A stretch of DNA of 64,000 nucleotides from Octopus sinensis. Taxonomy: Eukaryota. The notes under the pieces are model-generated. The model was given only the letters and a program-made list of their open reading frames with translations, was not told where the DNA came from and searched no databases. The position numbers were made by a program, and so were the translations under genes. Position 1 is the stretch's first letter, and each line of letters opens with the position of its first letter. Below, one piece after another: positions 52,440-64,000 of the stretch. The DNA lies in the NCBI RefSeq assembly GCF_006345805.1, contig NC_043006.1, positions 88,164,001 to 88,228,000 of the forward strand, given 5' to 3'.

Positions 52440-52800
52440 CAGATTGCAGAGCAGTGTGTTGGTTTAAATTAAGGCATTGCTATAGGAAACTAAGTGTGGA
52501 ATGATAGCAAGGCACTAATTCTTACAGACACTGAGAAGAAAGAGGCATGGAAACGATGTTACAATATGCTATTGAATAAGGCTAATGCATAAGAGAGAGA
52601 GAGATATTATCTAATTCTTGTAGATCCTACAGAAGGGCAAGCAACTGAAATTGAAAATGACATTATTGAAAGTGTGATCAAAGATATGAAGACAGGATAA
52701 GTAACCAGACCATGAGATGATGAAAAGATCTGGCATGATAATACACATGCTAATCACAAGCATAGTCAGTCAAGAATTAGAGGAAGGTATCATACACATT
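52440..52800 (+). mobile_element. Old RTE ORF remnant
   Basis: Degenerate KEAWKRCYNMLLNK...VDPTEGQ..ESVIKDMKTG, homologous to 29720-29990 of the long RTE. Confidence 0.7.
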
Positions 52801-53593
52801 AACTTACATATAACTGAATAAAATCATTTGAAAGTGGTAGCCCACCATGACTGAGACCAAAAATAAAAAATGGAAAAGAAGAATATAAGCATTTCATCTG
52901 TCTTTACATTTTAAGTTCAAATGCCGCCAGGGTCGATAAAATAGGTACCAGTAGAATACTGGGGTCAATGTAATTGACCTGTCTCCTCCCTGAAATTGCA
53001 GGCCTTATGCCAAAATTTAAAATTTATATATTTATATATATATATATGTAGGGGAGACAGAAAAAGAGGAAAAAATAAGAAACAAAATACTCTCATTTTG
53101 TTTCTTGAAAATATATATACATATGTATAGGAGTTTTAGTAGTGTATAAATCTACTTTTGGATAAAGAAATATATGTACATGTCTGCGCTTGTGTAAGCA
53201 TGTGTGATATATGCATGTTTGTCTGAGTGTGTGTGAATGAGTGTACATGTATGCATAATAGTTTACGTGAAATTCAATGTAATTCACTAATGTACAAAAT
53301 GATGTTTCCTTAAGGTGAAATAAAATAAGCAGAAAGAAGAGAAAGATTTGGAAGAAAAGAAATAGATTTATAGTTTTGGGATAAGGAACCACTTGCATCT
53401 TGATGAAACCTATTACATGTGTGTATGTCTAAGAATTAGTGTGCTTGTATGTGATTGCATGCATGTATGTGCTTGTATGTGATTGCATGCTTACATAAGG
53501 CTTCTATAAAGATAGTCATCTGTATAGACACATAGACATGTGTGCATGAATGTACCCATATGCATCCACACACACACACATGCACAATATATG

Positions 53594-53647
<54 letters not shown>

Positions 53648-53762
53648 TTATATATATATGTGCACTCTACATTCTACACATATTGTAGTCCTTTTCAGAA
53701 TTGTGGACAGCTTAATCACCTGGCTAAGCAAACACAATAATATCTGTGTGCAAGTATGTAAC

Positions 53763-53794
<32 letters not shown>

Positions 53795-56700
53795 TGTATG
53801 TATGTATGTATGTATGTATGTATGTATGTATGCATGTATGTATGTATGTATACACACACACCAAGATGCATGCACACACCTACATATAGGCATATATGTA
53901 TGTACACAAGCAAAGTATGAAATCTTCATATATTGAAGAATAAGAAAACATATGCATGTCTATCTTTGTATTGCTGAATTACGTTTTATGTATATTTTTA
54001 TATTGATCCATATTAAGCCTCAATCCCATGTTTTGTTTTGTTTACTATCTTGTACTACCACCATCATCACCACCACTACATTATATATATCTCTCTCTCC
54101 TTTTTACCATCTCTTCAGTGCCTCAAGATTTTCTGCTACCATTATGTCATATCTACTGCCTATATGACAAAAGCTTTAATCTCTGAACAAACCTTGAATA
54201 GGGAACAGAAAAGAAAAAGTAAAAGATAAGAAAAGGGAAAAGATTTGCTATCAGAAACCTGCCATACCTAAAATAATGAAAAATACAGAGCATCTTTTTT
54301 GTGTTTGTTTCTTTTTTGCTATCTACCACTGAGATTCCATTGTCAATGTCCTACTCATTTTCAGTTGTCTCCCAACTCCCTCTATCATACCAAAAATACT
54401 ACCTCGCTTAAGTCTACCACTGGTACAATATCTTTCACCATTCTTCGCATCTTCTCCAATCTCTTCTATTTTACATGCAACAAGCCACCAAGGGGATGTC
54501 TACAAGGTCATTCTATTTCCTGGAAATAATAGCTTAATTTCTCTTAAGTTGCATCCTACCATTTTGAAGATGGAAGGACAAATATGACAATGAAATCCTA
54601 GATATACATTGCATAGAAGAAGGTTGTGATTGTCATGGCTTGAATGTTTTTAATAACAGATTTGGTCAGTCAGGACAAATCTGGGGCTAAACAACAACTT
54701 TAAAGTTGTTGTCTTATTTTATGTTGTTGTCTTGTTTTTTTTATCTATTATCATTAGTTTTGCAATATAAGAAACTAAAGCCCCTAAGTGAATCTACACC
54801 TTATTATGGGTTTGATTTTCACTCATTCAAGCCATTCCTCTTTGTAACTCTCTTAGTCTCCCAATCTCTTTTATTTCTACATTTTCTATCTCTACGTAAA
54901 TCAATAATTAAAATGGCAATAGACAACTGGTAGGTTGTATCGGCAAGAATTAATTCAGTAAAAGTCTGAAGCTGATGTATATTTAGTGTACTGTATAAAA
55001 ATTTAATATTTCCAACTGATCTTCTCATATGGCATAATATAATGTAACAGGTGTATTAGAGAATGGAGAAATAGAGCAAGAAAAATAAAAGAGGAGGAGA
55101 AAAAGTGAGATAAATACCATGGTAAATAAATCAGAGGTAAAAACTGGACAACGAATAAGGTTACTGTTGTTGTTACTGGTAAGCCCTATGTCAGCCTGAT
55201 CTAGCAAACTTGTGTGTTTTTTATTGCACAGAATGTCTAAGTCTACACTACCCCTGTTGTTCTTTGAGACTGTAGAGTGTGATTTAAGAGAGACCTGATT
55301 GCTACTTCTAGAAAACTGACTGACCAGTTGACAATTCTGAAACAATAGCATGGCCAGAAGATAGAGAGAATAAAAGAAGATAAATGTATGGTTAACAATA
55401 TGTGGACAGTATAACTTGTTGATAAAAGAGACTAAACAGGTGAGTGAGGTAGTTCTGATGCCATCTCAATTGTAAAGTTCAAGACTGAAACCATTAAGTT
55501 TAGTAAAGATACAAAGAGACTTAATTGAAATTACAAAAAGGTCCAATTTTGTCTTCCTAATTACTTCATTGATTTGCTTGCAGGATTCATCATAAGGAAG
55601 AGAAGACATTTAATGAGAGAGCAATGTCTACAATTTGGGGAAGAATGGCAGTCAAGGAAGTGGTAAGAGGCCAATAGAATCACTGAAATTCAATGAGGTA
55701 GCAGATAAGGTGGAACAATAGGGCCATTAATTTATCTGGCTGAATGGAAGGGTGTTTAGTGTTAGAACTTTGTGTAGAAATAATGATGGTGTCCAGTGAA
55801 TATTATGTAAAAAGAAAAAATAATTGAATTGATATATTTTATTTTTAATGTTTTACAATTATTTTTTGATGCAAGAGAGGAGTACGATGGCTCTACAAAT
55901 TTTAAAATTTGCATTTTGTAAGGGAATTTTTTCTAAGAGTTGGATGTTCTTGCTGTTAATCATTCAATAGAAAAGAAATCTTCTGTCAGTTCTTTTACAT
56001 CAAATGAAATATATATTCCTTCACATCACATTGTTATAAAAATGGCAACGAACAGTTTCTTTTGTCTATGTCTGTCTATAGCTGTTCTTTTCATATGTTC
56101 ACATTATAAATCCAGAGAATCCTAAACATTTTCCCCCTCTCTAGTTTTAATATATCCTTTAATTTGAAAGACATATTTTCCAGCATACAAGTTGATATAG
56201 TATATAGCATAAACAAATAATGTAAATATTCAAACATCATGACTATCTTTCCAAATCCTGCTGCATTTCACATGGAATTTTTGATCCTCCAAAGTTGTTT
56301 TGGTTTAAATTTTGATCTGAAGAATTTGACTTGTATGCTAGAAGATATAGTATGACATATTTGTGACAGTATTGATGCCTTTCTTGCTAAATATCTTAAA
56401 ATACCACACTTAACAATTTAGTCATTCATATTGATCAATTACCTGTTTTAAAATACTAAACTGCGCAAAAAAGTGGTGTCATGCACAATAAGGTGACTTC
56501 TAAAGTATTTACCTTCCACATTTTTTTAAGGCCACAACTGAATTGAAATAATAGACAATGTTAAGTGAATGTACATGTACATGTAGAAGAAGGCTGCTAT
56601 ATGAAATGTAGCAATCAGATTCAAAGTTTAATCTTTTAGTGTAAGCTTGACATCTGTCACTGAATCTTCTGAGAAATTAAAAGATTTTTCTTGCTTTACT

Positions 56701-57500
56701 GGAAAGAGAAGTGAAGATATTTATTTTAGAATTTAAAATCTCTATCAAATTCTTTTTGTTGTTGCTTATTTCTTTTGTTACAAAGACACTGGGTTAAGAC
56801 AAGACTTTAATGTGTCTTGTAGCTAATATAATTATAGCAGTGTTATAGCTGGATGACCACAAGATAAGCATCAACAAAGACAGCCAGTAGACACATAAAG
56901 ATGGGGTAAGCTCGATTGATAAGTAAGACAGATAATCAGATAGACAGATGAAAGCTAAATATCATTGTTATTTTATTCTATTTTTTTTTTTTTTGTTTGA
57001 GGAGAGAAAAAATCTTGTATAAATATATAAAGTTGTTAGAAATTTTAACGTTTTTCTTTTTATTGCATTGTTCTGAATGAGGAACAAGTAAATTGGTTGC
57101 TTACAAAAAGACCAAAGTTAAAATAGCAAAAGTGACTAAAGGTAAAAAGTGTAGCTAACATCAAAAGCCTAAATCATTGAACAAAATAGTAACTGGGCAA
57201 AACAGTAGAATGCACACTGTTAAGCAATGAGACATCCACTACTAGAGAGCCTCTATTTAATCACTCAACTTGCTAGAAATAACAGCTAAATCTCCCTCAT
57301 AGCACACACTGTGTCTTGAAAAGAACAACAGAGAAGGTTACATTGAACAACGTAGTACTGATATACAAAATGTTGGAAACACCTTTGATTATTGCTAACC
57401 TGGAACCTAATGACCATTACAACTACTGTTACAAATGCTTATCAAAAATGACCTCTATTAAAATGATGATATTTTGAACTAGTATAATGGTCACAGAGGA

Positions 57501-57809
57501 GGCGCAATGGCCCGATAGTTAGGGCAGCGGACTCGCGATTGGAGAATCGCGGTTTTGATTCCCAGACCAGGCATTGTGTGTGTTTATTGAGCAAAAACAC
57601 CTAAAAGCTCCACGAGGCTCCAACGAGGGGATGGTGGCAACCCATGTTGTACTCTTTTGCCACAACTTTCTCTCACTCTCTCTTCCTGTTTCTTGAGTAC
57701 TGCTGCGATGGACTGGTGTCCCGTCCAGCTGGGGAGAACACATACACCACAGAAACTGGGAAACCGGGTCCATGAGCCTGGCTAGGCTTGAAAAGGGCGA
57801 GAAAAAAAA
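57501..57809 (+). mobile_element. tRNA-derived SINE with a V-domain-like segment
   Basis: tRNA-like head ggcgcaatggcccgatagttagggcagc..ggttttgattccc; gctgcgatggactggtgtcccgtccag resembles the V-SINE core; A-rich tail. Confidence 0.75.
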
Positions 57810-57826
57810 TAATGATCACTAGTGAA

Positions 57827-58130
57827 GGCACATGGCTTAGTGGATAGAGTATTCAGATCTCAGTTGTAAGATTGTGAGTTCAATTCCCAACTGTGTGTTG
57901 TATCCTTAAATAAGACACTTAATTTCATTTTGCTCCAGTCCACTCAGCTGGCAGAAATGAGTTGTACCTGCAATTCAAAGAACAAGTGTCACACTGAATC
58001 TCCTTGAGAACTACATTAAGGGTATATATGTCTGTGGAACGCTCAGCCACTTGCAAGTTAATTTTGTGAGCAGGCTGTTCCATTGATCAGATCGAGTGGA
58101 ACCCTTATCTTCATAACCAATTGGGTGCCA
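57827..58130 (+). mobile_element. tRNA-derived SINE
   Basis: A box tggcttagtgg, B box gagttcaattcc, body related to 9534-9865. Confidence 0.75.
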
Positions 58131-58440
58131 GAGTGAACGGGCACTAAAATGAAGTAAAGAAGTGGTCTATATGTTGTAGCTAGGTCAATCAGAAATAACA
58201 GGCAAATCTCCTTCAAATTGAAAAAATTAAGGACACATTGGATAATGCAATCCTAGATTTCCAAGGAAAGCAGACGAGAAGTCTTTGATCATAGATCTAT
58301 TTAATCAAGAGTGATTTAGGGCTAAATCACAGCAATCTCAAACAGCAAACACGAGTCTACTTGGAAATTATATAGATTCAGTGGTCATCAACAATATCAA
58401 TTTGAAAAATATTTAAGCTAAAACAACATTTACTAGAATA

Positions 58441-59664
58441 TTGGGTTGGCAAGAAAGTAATTTCGTTTTTCACAAATAGAGTTATAATTTTTTTTTAATG
58501 ACTTTTGTTAACGTTATGATTTTTTCCTTTTGACATTTGATAGTCATTACTTTTGGCTTACGTTAGAAAGAAATTGCATGTAATTTTGTTTGCAGCTGTC
58601 AGTTCAGTGTCAATTTTAACATGGAGGGCAAAAACGAAAATTTTCACTATATTTTGCTTTTTATTTCCAGGAAAGCAAGAAAGCTGCCGAGGCTCTCAAA
58701 GAGATATGTGAAGTTTATGGTGTTGATTGCTTAACAGAATGCACATGTCAGAAATAATTTTTAAAATTCCATTCTGGAAATTTTTCACTCAAAGACGACC
58801 AACATTCTGGTCAACCTACTGAAGTTGATGATGACCGAACCAAAACCATAATTGAATCTGATTGTCATATAACTGTGCAAGAGATTGCAGAGAGATTAAA
58901 TGTATCACACACAACAACTGAAAATCACTTAGAATGTCTTGGACTAGTTCCACATAAATTGAAAGAGATTCACTTAACACAATGAATCAATATTTGCAAT
59001 ATGCATCTCAAAGGCAATGAAATCAACCTTTTTTTAACAGTATCATCACTGGTGATGAAAAGTGGATTGTCTACAATAACATCAATCGAGAATGATCCTG
59101 GTCCAAGTGTAATGAAACAGCACAAACCGCATCAAAAGCTGAATTGCATAAAAAAAATTCCTGCTGTTAATTTGGTCAAATTAGGTGTTTATTTTGAGCT
59201 GCTTCCAAGGAATCAAATGATCAATTCAGACGTTTATTGTCAACAACTAATGAAACTGGAGGAAGCAATCAGAGACAAATGGCTAGAATTGGCAAACTGT
59301 AAAGGAATGCTGGACCACACATCTTTGCTAACTCGTGAAAAATTATTAGCGCTTGGTTGGAAGTGATGTCACATCCATCATATAGCCCTGATCTTGCACC
59401 ATCAGATAACCATTTATTTTGCAAAATTCTTTGAATGGTAAAACTTTCAATAATGATGATGACCTGAAATTGCACATGCTTCAGTTTTGGGCTGATAAGG
59501 ACCAGAAGTTCTATGAGTGCTGAATCATGAAGTTGTAAGAAAGATGGCAAAAGGTCATCAAACAAAATGGAAAATATATAATTGATTAAAGTTCATTCTT
59601 TGTAGGAACAAAAACGACTTTTATTTCACACTAAAAAACCAAAATTACTTTCTTGCCAACCCAA
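58441..59664 (+). mobile_element. Full-length degenerate mariner transposon (1224 bp)
   Basis: TIR ttgggttggcaagaaagtaattt at both ends, TA duplication at 58439-58440 and 59665-59666; transposase from ATG 58621 with stops and frameshifts, retaining VPHKL, (T)GDEKW-like and YSPDLAPSD motifs. Confidence 0.95.
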
Positions 59665-60329
59665 TACTTCAGTTATGATGAATATCAAAATTTTTATTTT
59701 ACTCATCTTAATTGTTGGGTTGCCCAACAAGATACCTGTTTCGCTATACTTTAGCCTTTCAACATCTGGCATAAAGTTACTTTCCTCTTTCAAATACTAC
59801 CCCTACCCTTAATAGTGAGAGCCTTTGTCTTTTCCCTTTCCCTTTTTCCCTGTTATTTTTCTGTGTTGCACATTATCTGGCAACCTCACTAGTGCCAGTG
59901 GCATGAGAATAGCACCCAGTACACATTGTAATGTGGTTAGGACGGGCATCCAGTTGTAAGGCCATGCCAAAGCTGACATTGTAACTTGGAGCAGCCCTGC
60001 AGCTAACTGGATCTTGTCAAACCATCCAGCTACTACCAGTATGGAAAACAAATATCAAATAAGGAATAGCATTAAATGCTGTAAGGCTATTCACCTAATA
60101 GGCGTGGGTGTGTAGTATGAAGCTTAATTCCCAGCTACATGTTTCTAGGTTCAGTCCCACAGCATGTCACCTTGGGTAAGTATCTTCTACTATATAGCCT
60201 TGGGCTAACCAAAGCTTTGTGGGTGGATTTCATAGATGGAAAGTGAAAGAAGCCAGTCATGCATATTTTAAGTATACTTCACAATATATGGACTGTATTA
60301 AGAAGTGCTCATTGCAAGCTAAATCGCAG

Positions 60330-60520
60330 GATAAGGGAAATTATAGAAGGAACACATCTAGTCAATCAATACAAATTCGAAAGCAATAATTTAAAACACA
60401 CAACGAAATATATTTATAAATTTGTATGTATATTTATTTTGTTGTGATGTATATTTATTTATTATGCTTTGGAATTTGTATTGATTGCCTAGATGTGTTC
60501 CTTCAATAATTTCCCTTATC
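60330..60520. repeat. Foldback element, about 60-bp inverted arms
   Basis: 60330-60390 vs 60461-60520 reverse-complement match with about 4 differences. Confidence 0.88.
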
Positions 60521-60664
60521 TTTATATATATATATATATATACACATATAATGGAGGAATTGTTCTAAATGTATAAATAAATGATGAGTAAAGCACCGGC
60601 ACAGTTTCGATTACCTGTTGTTATCTGTAGATTTATTGCAGGAACTTCGTAGTGGTGGTTGGGA

Positions 60665-61037
60665 TAACAGTATTAATAAAATAGGAGATGGAATGTGTAA
60701 TAGACTTAATTGGGTTCAACAGATGTTTTGACTCATTCTGGGTTTCTTCAGGTATACCAATAAAAAGTCTCACTAGAGATTTCTTGAGTCAGCTTATGTA
60801 CTGCTATATGTCCATCAAATTCAAGAATGAGTAAAATCAGAGAAAATTTATTGAAACACAAAAAATTCAAATATGAATGTGGAAAGTATACATTCTAGTT
60901 TAGAGAAAATGAAGTAATGAGCTTTCGCTGTTGTAACTGTTAAGAGAAAGAAAAGAAAAGGAAGTAGAAGTTGAAAGGAAGATAATACCCAATAAAGTCT
61001 ATTACACATTCCATCTCTTATTTTATTAATACTGTTA
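60665..61037. repeat. Inverted-repeat element, 51-bp arms
   Basis: 60665-60715 vs 60987-61037, 49/51 match. Confidence 0.88.
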
Positions 61038-61044
61038 CTATATT

Positions 61045-61403
<359 letters not shown>

Positions 61404-63301
61404 TACCCACACACAGTTGTCAATTGTGGAACATGACTGTCACTACATAAACCTGAACTTTGCATAATGTATGAAAGTACTAGTTTATATCAATATTGTA
61501 AAACTGTAAATTTGCAAAAATTGCAAATAGTATAGCGTGGAAACCAGACTAAGTTGGAATTTCATTGATTAATATATATATATGTAGAAGACCAAAAGTA
61601 TATATGTATGTATGTGTGCATGTGTGTGCATGTCTTTGAGCTTGTTTCCACCATCATTGACAACAGGTCAACAGGTGCTAATGTGGTTATCTCCCTGTAA
61701 CTTAGTGGTTCAGCAAAAGACACCTATAGAATAAGTACTAGTCTTTAAAAACTAAGTACTAGCATTGATTAATTTTACTAAAACATTCCCCAAGGTGGTG
61801 CTCCAGCATGGCTGAAGTCTAATAACTGAAACAAGTAGAAGACAAAAGATAAATGATAATACTGTAAGGATTCTGCTGATCCACAACAGATACTGACTGA
61901 AACTTATCTTAGGTATTTAGACCATGGGTTAAAAACTTTGTAGCAGTTCTTAGCTCTTAAAAAGTAAGCCAGTTTCTCAGCAGACTGGATTCTTTAGTAA
62001 AAAAAAAAAAAAGTGGAGTAAGGCTTCTCAATTGTCAAGAAAGAAAAGGTGAAGTTTTCAAGTATCAATATTTATTTCTCCTTTTGGGTTCCAAAACAAA
62101 TATCATGGACCTGAAGTCTAACAAATAGTCATGTAACATGGTGTATCTTGAATTAAGGATTTATACAAAAGCAGCAACATTACAAGTACAGTGCACATGT
62201 ATACTGCATTTATTGATTTAGTGAATAGCTTTCAGTTATGTAATACACTAACGCAACTATCACTTCCACCACCACCATCATTATCATCATCATGTCTCTT
62301 CCCATACCCATCTCATCACCAAAATATACGTTTCTTCATTATAATACAAAAATAGAGTATACACTATAGTTTCTGCTGAAGAATAAGATAATTCTCAGAG
62401 GTGGGAAATGTATACTTTTATGGTATAGATATGTAGAGATTGGAAAGACAAAATATAAAGATACATGACCATAAACATGAGGCATCCTATGTAAGTTATT
62501 GTCATCTAAAAATACTTATTGTACTATACACATGCAGATGTGTGTGTGTGAGTGAGTGTATGTGTGTGTGTTTGTGAACATGAGTAGATGTGGGCAGGAA
62601 GAGAGAGAAGGGAGATGAAAAAGAATTTCTTGATTCTCAAACTGAATTTATGTAGGATGTACAGACACAGAGTAAACACAGGCACAGTGTAACAATGTAG
62701 GATGTACAGACAATTGACTTTACATGTTCATGATACACACACACACACACACACATAAATACAAACTAAATATTTGCAATGATTCACATGCCCACCTACT
62801 GTATATGTACATGCACACAAACAATAAATATGTATATATTTACAAACAGACACTCACACACACATGTGTATATAAATACCAACAAGTATAGATTAGATTA
62901 AATTTCTGTGCACAACCATGAATAGGACTAATATCCACAAGTTTACATGTGATGTGAACAGGCATTAACTTATGCAAATACTTGTGTAACTAAAACCATG
63001 TATGTTATTTTATGTATGTATGAAGTATTGTATGTATGAAGTATTGTCACATGGAAACATTCATAGCAATAGTCATGTAGACAGACATGCATACAAACAT
63101 ATACAGACGTAAAAGCTAGAACTTGTTACTGTGAAGACAATCTGATTGGCTATAGTGATAGGTTGATATTCTTTGAGATATTATCCTAGATGTATGCATA
63201 TATGCAGAGCTACACACTCACACATGCATGCACAAACACAGGAACACACACACATAAATGTGCATATGTATGCATGTAATTCTGTATATAAATACATGTG
63301 T

Positions 63302-63363
<62 letters not shown>

Positions 63364-64000
63364 ATACACATGCATATAAATAGTGAAACATAGATCTATG
63401 TACTCATATAGATGTATGGACACATATACACTCAAACAGTAAAACAGAGTCATACACTCATATATGTATATCCACTGCACTCACATATACACACATGATA
63501 TGGATGTACCTATATAAATGTGTGTGTGTATATACATATAGGTATGTGTATATATACAAATGAATGCAGTAAAACAAAGTTATCACTCACATACACGTGC
63601 ATATATACACACAAATGTAGTAAAAATATCAATAGAAAAACGATTGAATATATTCACTCCCATATATCAAATGCAATGAAAGAGTGATATTCACTTTTGA
63701 CAAACACATACATACACACACAGATGCATACATACACATTCACAGAGTTATACATAAATGGCCAACTATACCAACAAGCTGATTGGCTAAAGTGATGGAG
63801 CAATAGTCACTTTGGACAAGCTTCAGGATATTAATGACAAGCATGCTGCAGACTACATGGTGACAATATCAGTAAAAATAGATGCAGAAACCTAAATTTA
63901 TTTTTCTAATCATGCTAAAATGAGAAGTTTTAAATCTATTTCATTCCACTGACACTTGCAGCAAACATACTTCTAGATAAACATGCATTTATACTCATAC

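Noticed and set aside
55584-55662. Candidate 79-nt exon (+) with ttgcag acceptor and GTAAGA donor
   Set aside because: Two frames are open, but there is no homology and no phase-compatible neighbouring exon.
60595-60640. Hammerhead-like motif on the minus strand (also 34415-34450)
   Set aside because: The core is too divergent, and there is no stem I adjacent to an NUH site.

Overview
AT-rich, microsatellite-dense eukaryotic DNA that is almost entirely repeat-derived or intron/intergenic-like. The SINE/LINE repertoire suggests an octopus or other cephalopod genome (inference). I could not recognise any host-gene exon, and nearly all listed ORFs are artefacts of (TA)n/(CA)n tracts. Recognisable elements are: a nearly full-length RTE-clade LINE at about 27.55-31.92 kb (AP endonuclease + RT, one nonsense codon, one frameshift, a PHD-type zinc finger inside the RT region); a 5'-truncated sister RTE on the minus strand whose 3' UTR is expanded into nested tandem arrays (23.98-26.99 kb); one TIR-complete degenerate mariner and two mariner remnants; a non-autonomous Helitron; TTAA-flanked MITEs; foldback elements; and many tRNA-headed SINEs. 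The most striking signal not captured by the ORF track is a set of about eight short motifs, mostly unrelated in sequence, with minimal type-I hammerhead ribozyme topology, most of them beside (TA)n tracts. Two have an intact catalytic core (32930-32972, 39296-39349). One lies downstream of a tRNA-like Pol III head, giving a SINE with a hammerhead tail. Two sit back-to-back in a 496-bp near-perfect palindrome. All folds were assigned by eye and need computational and in vitro confirmation.
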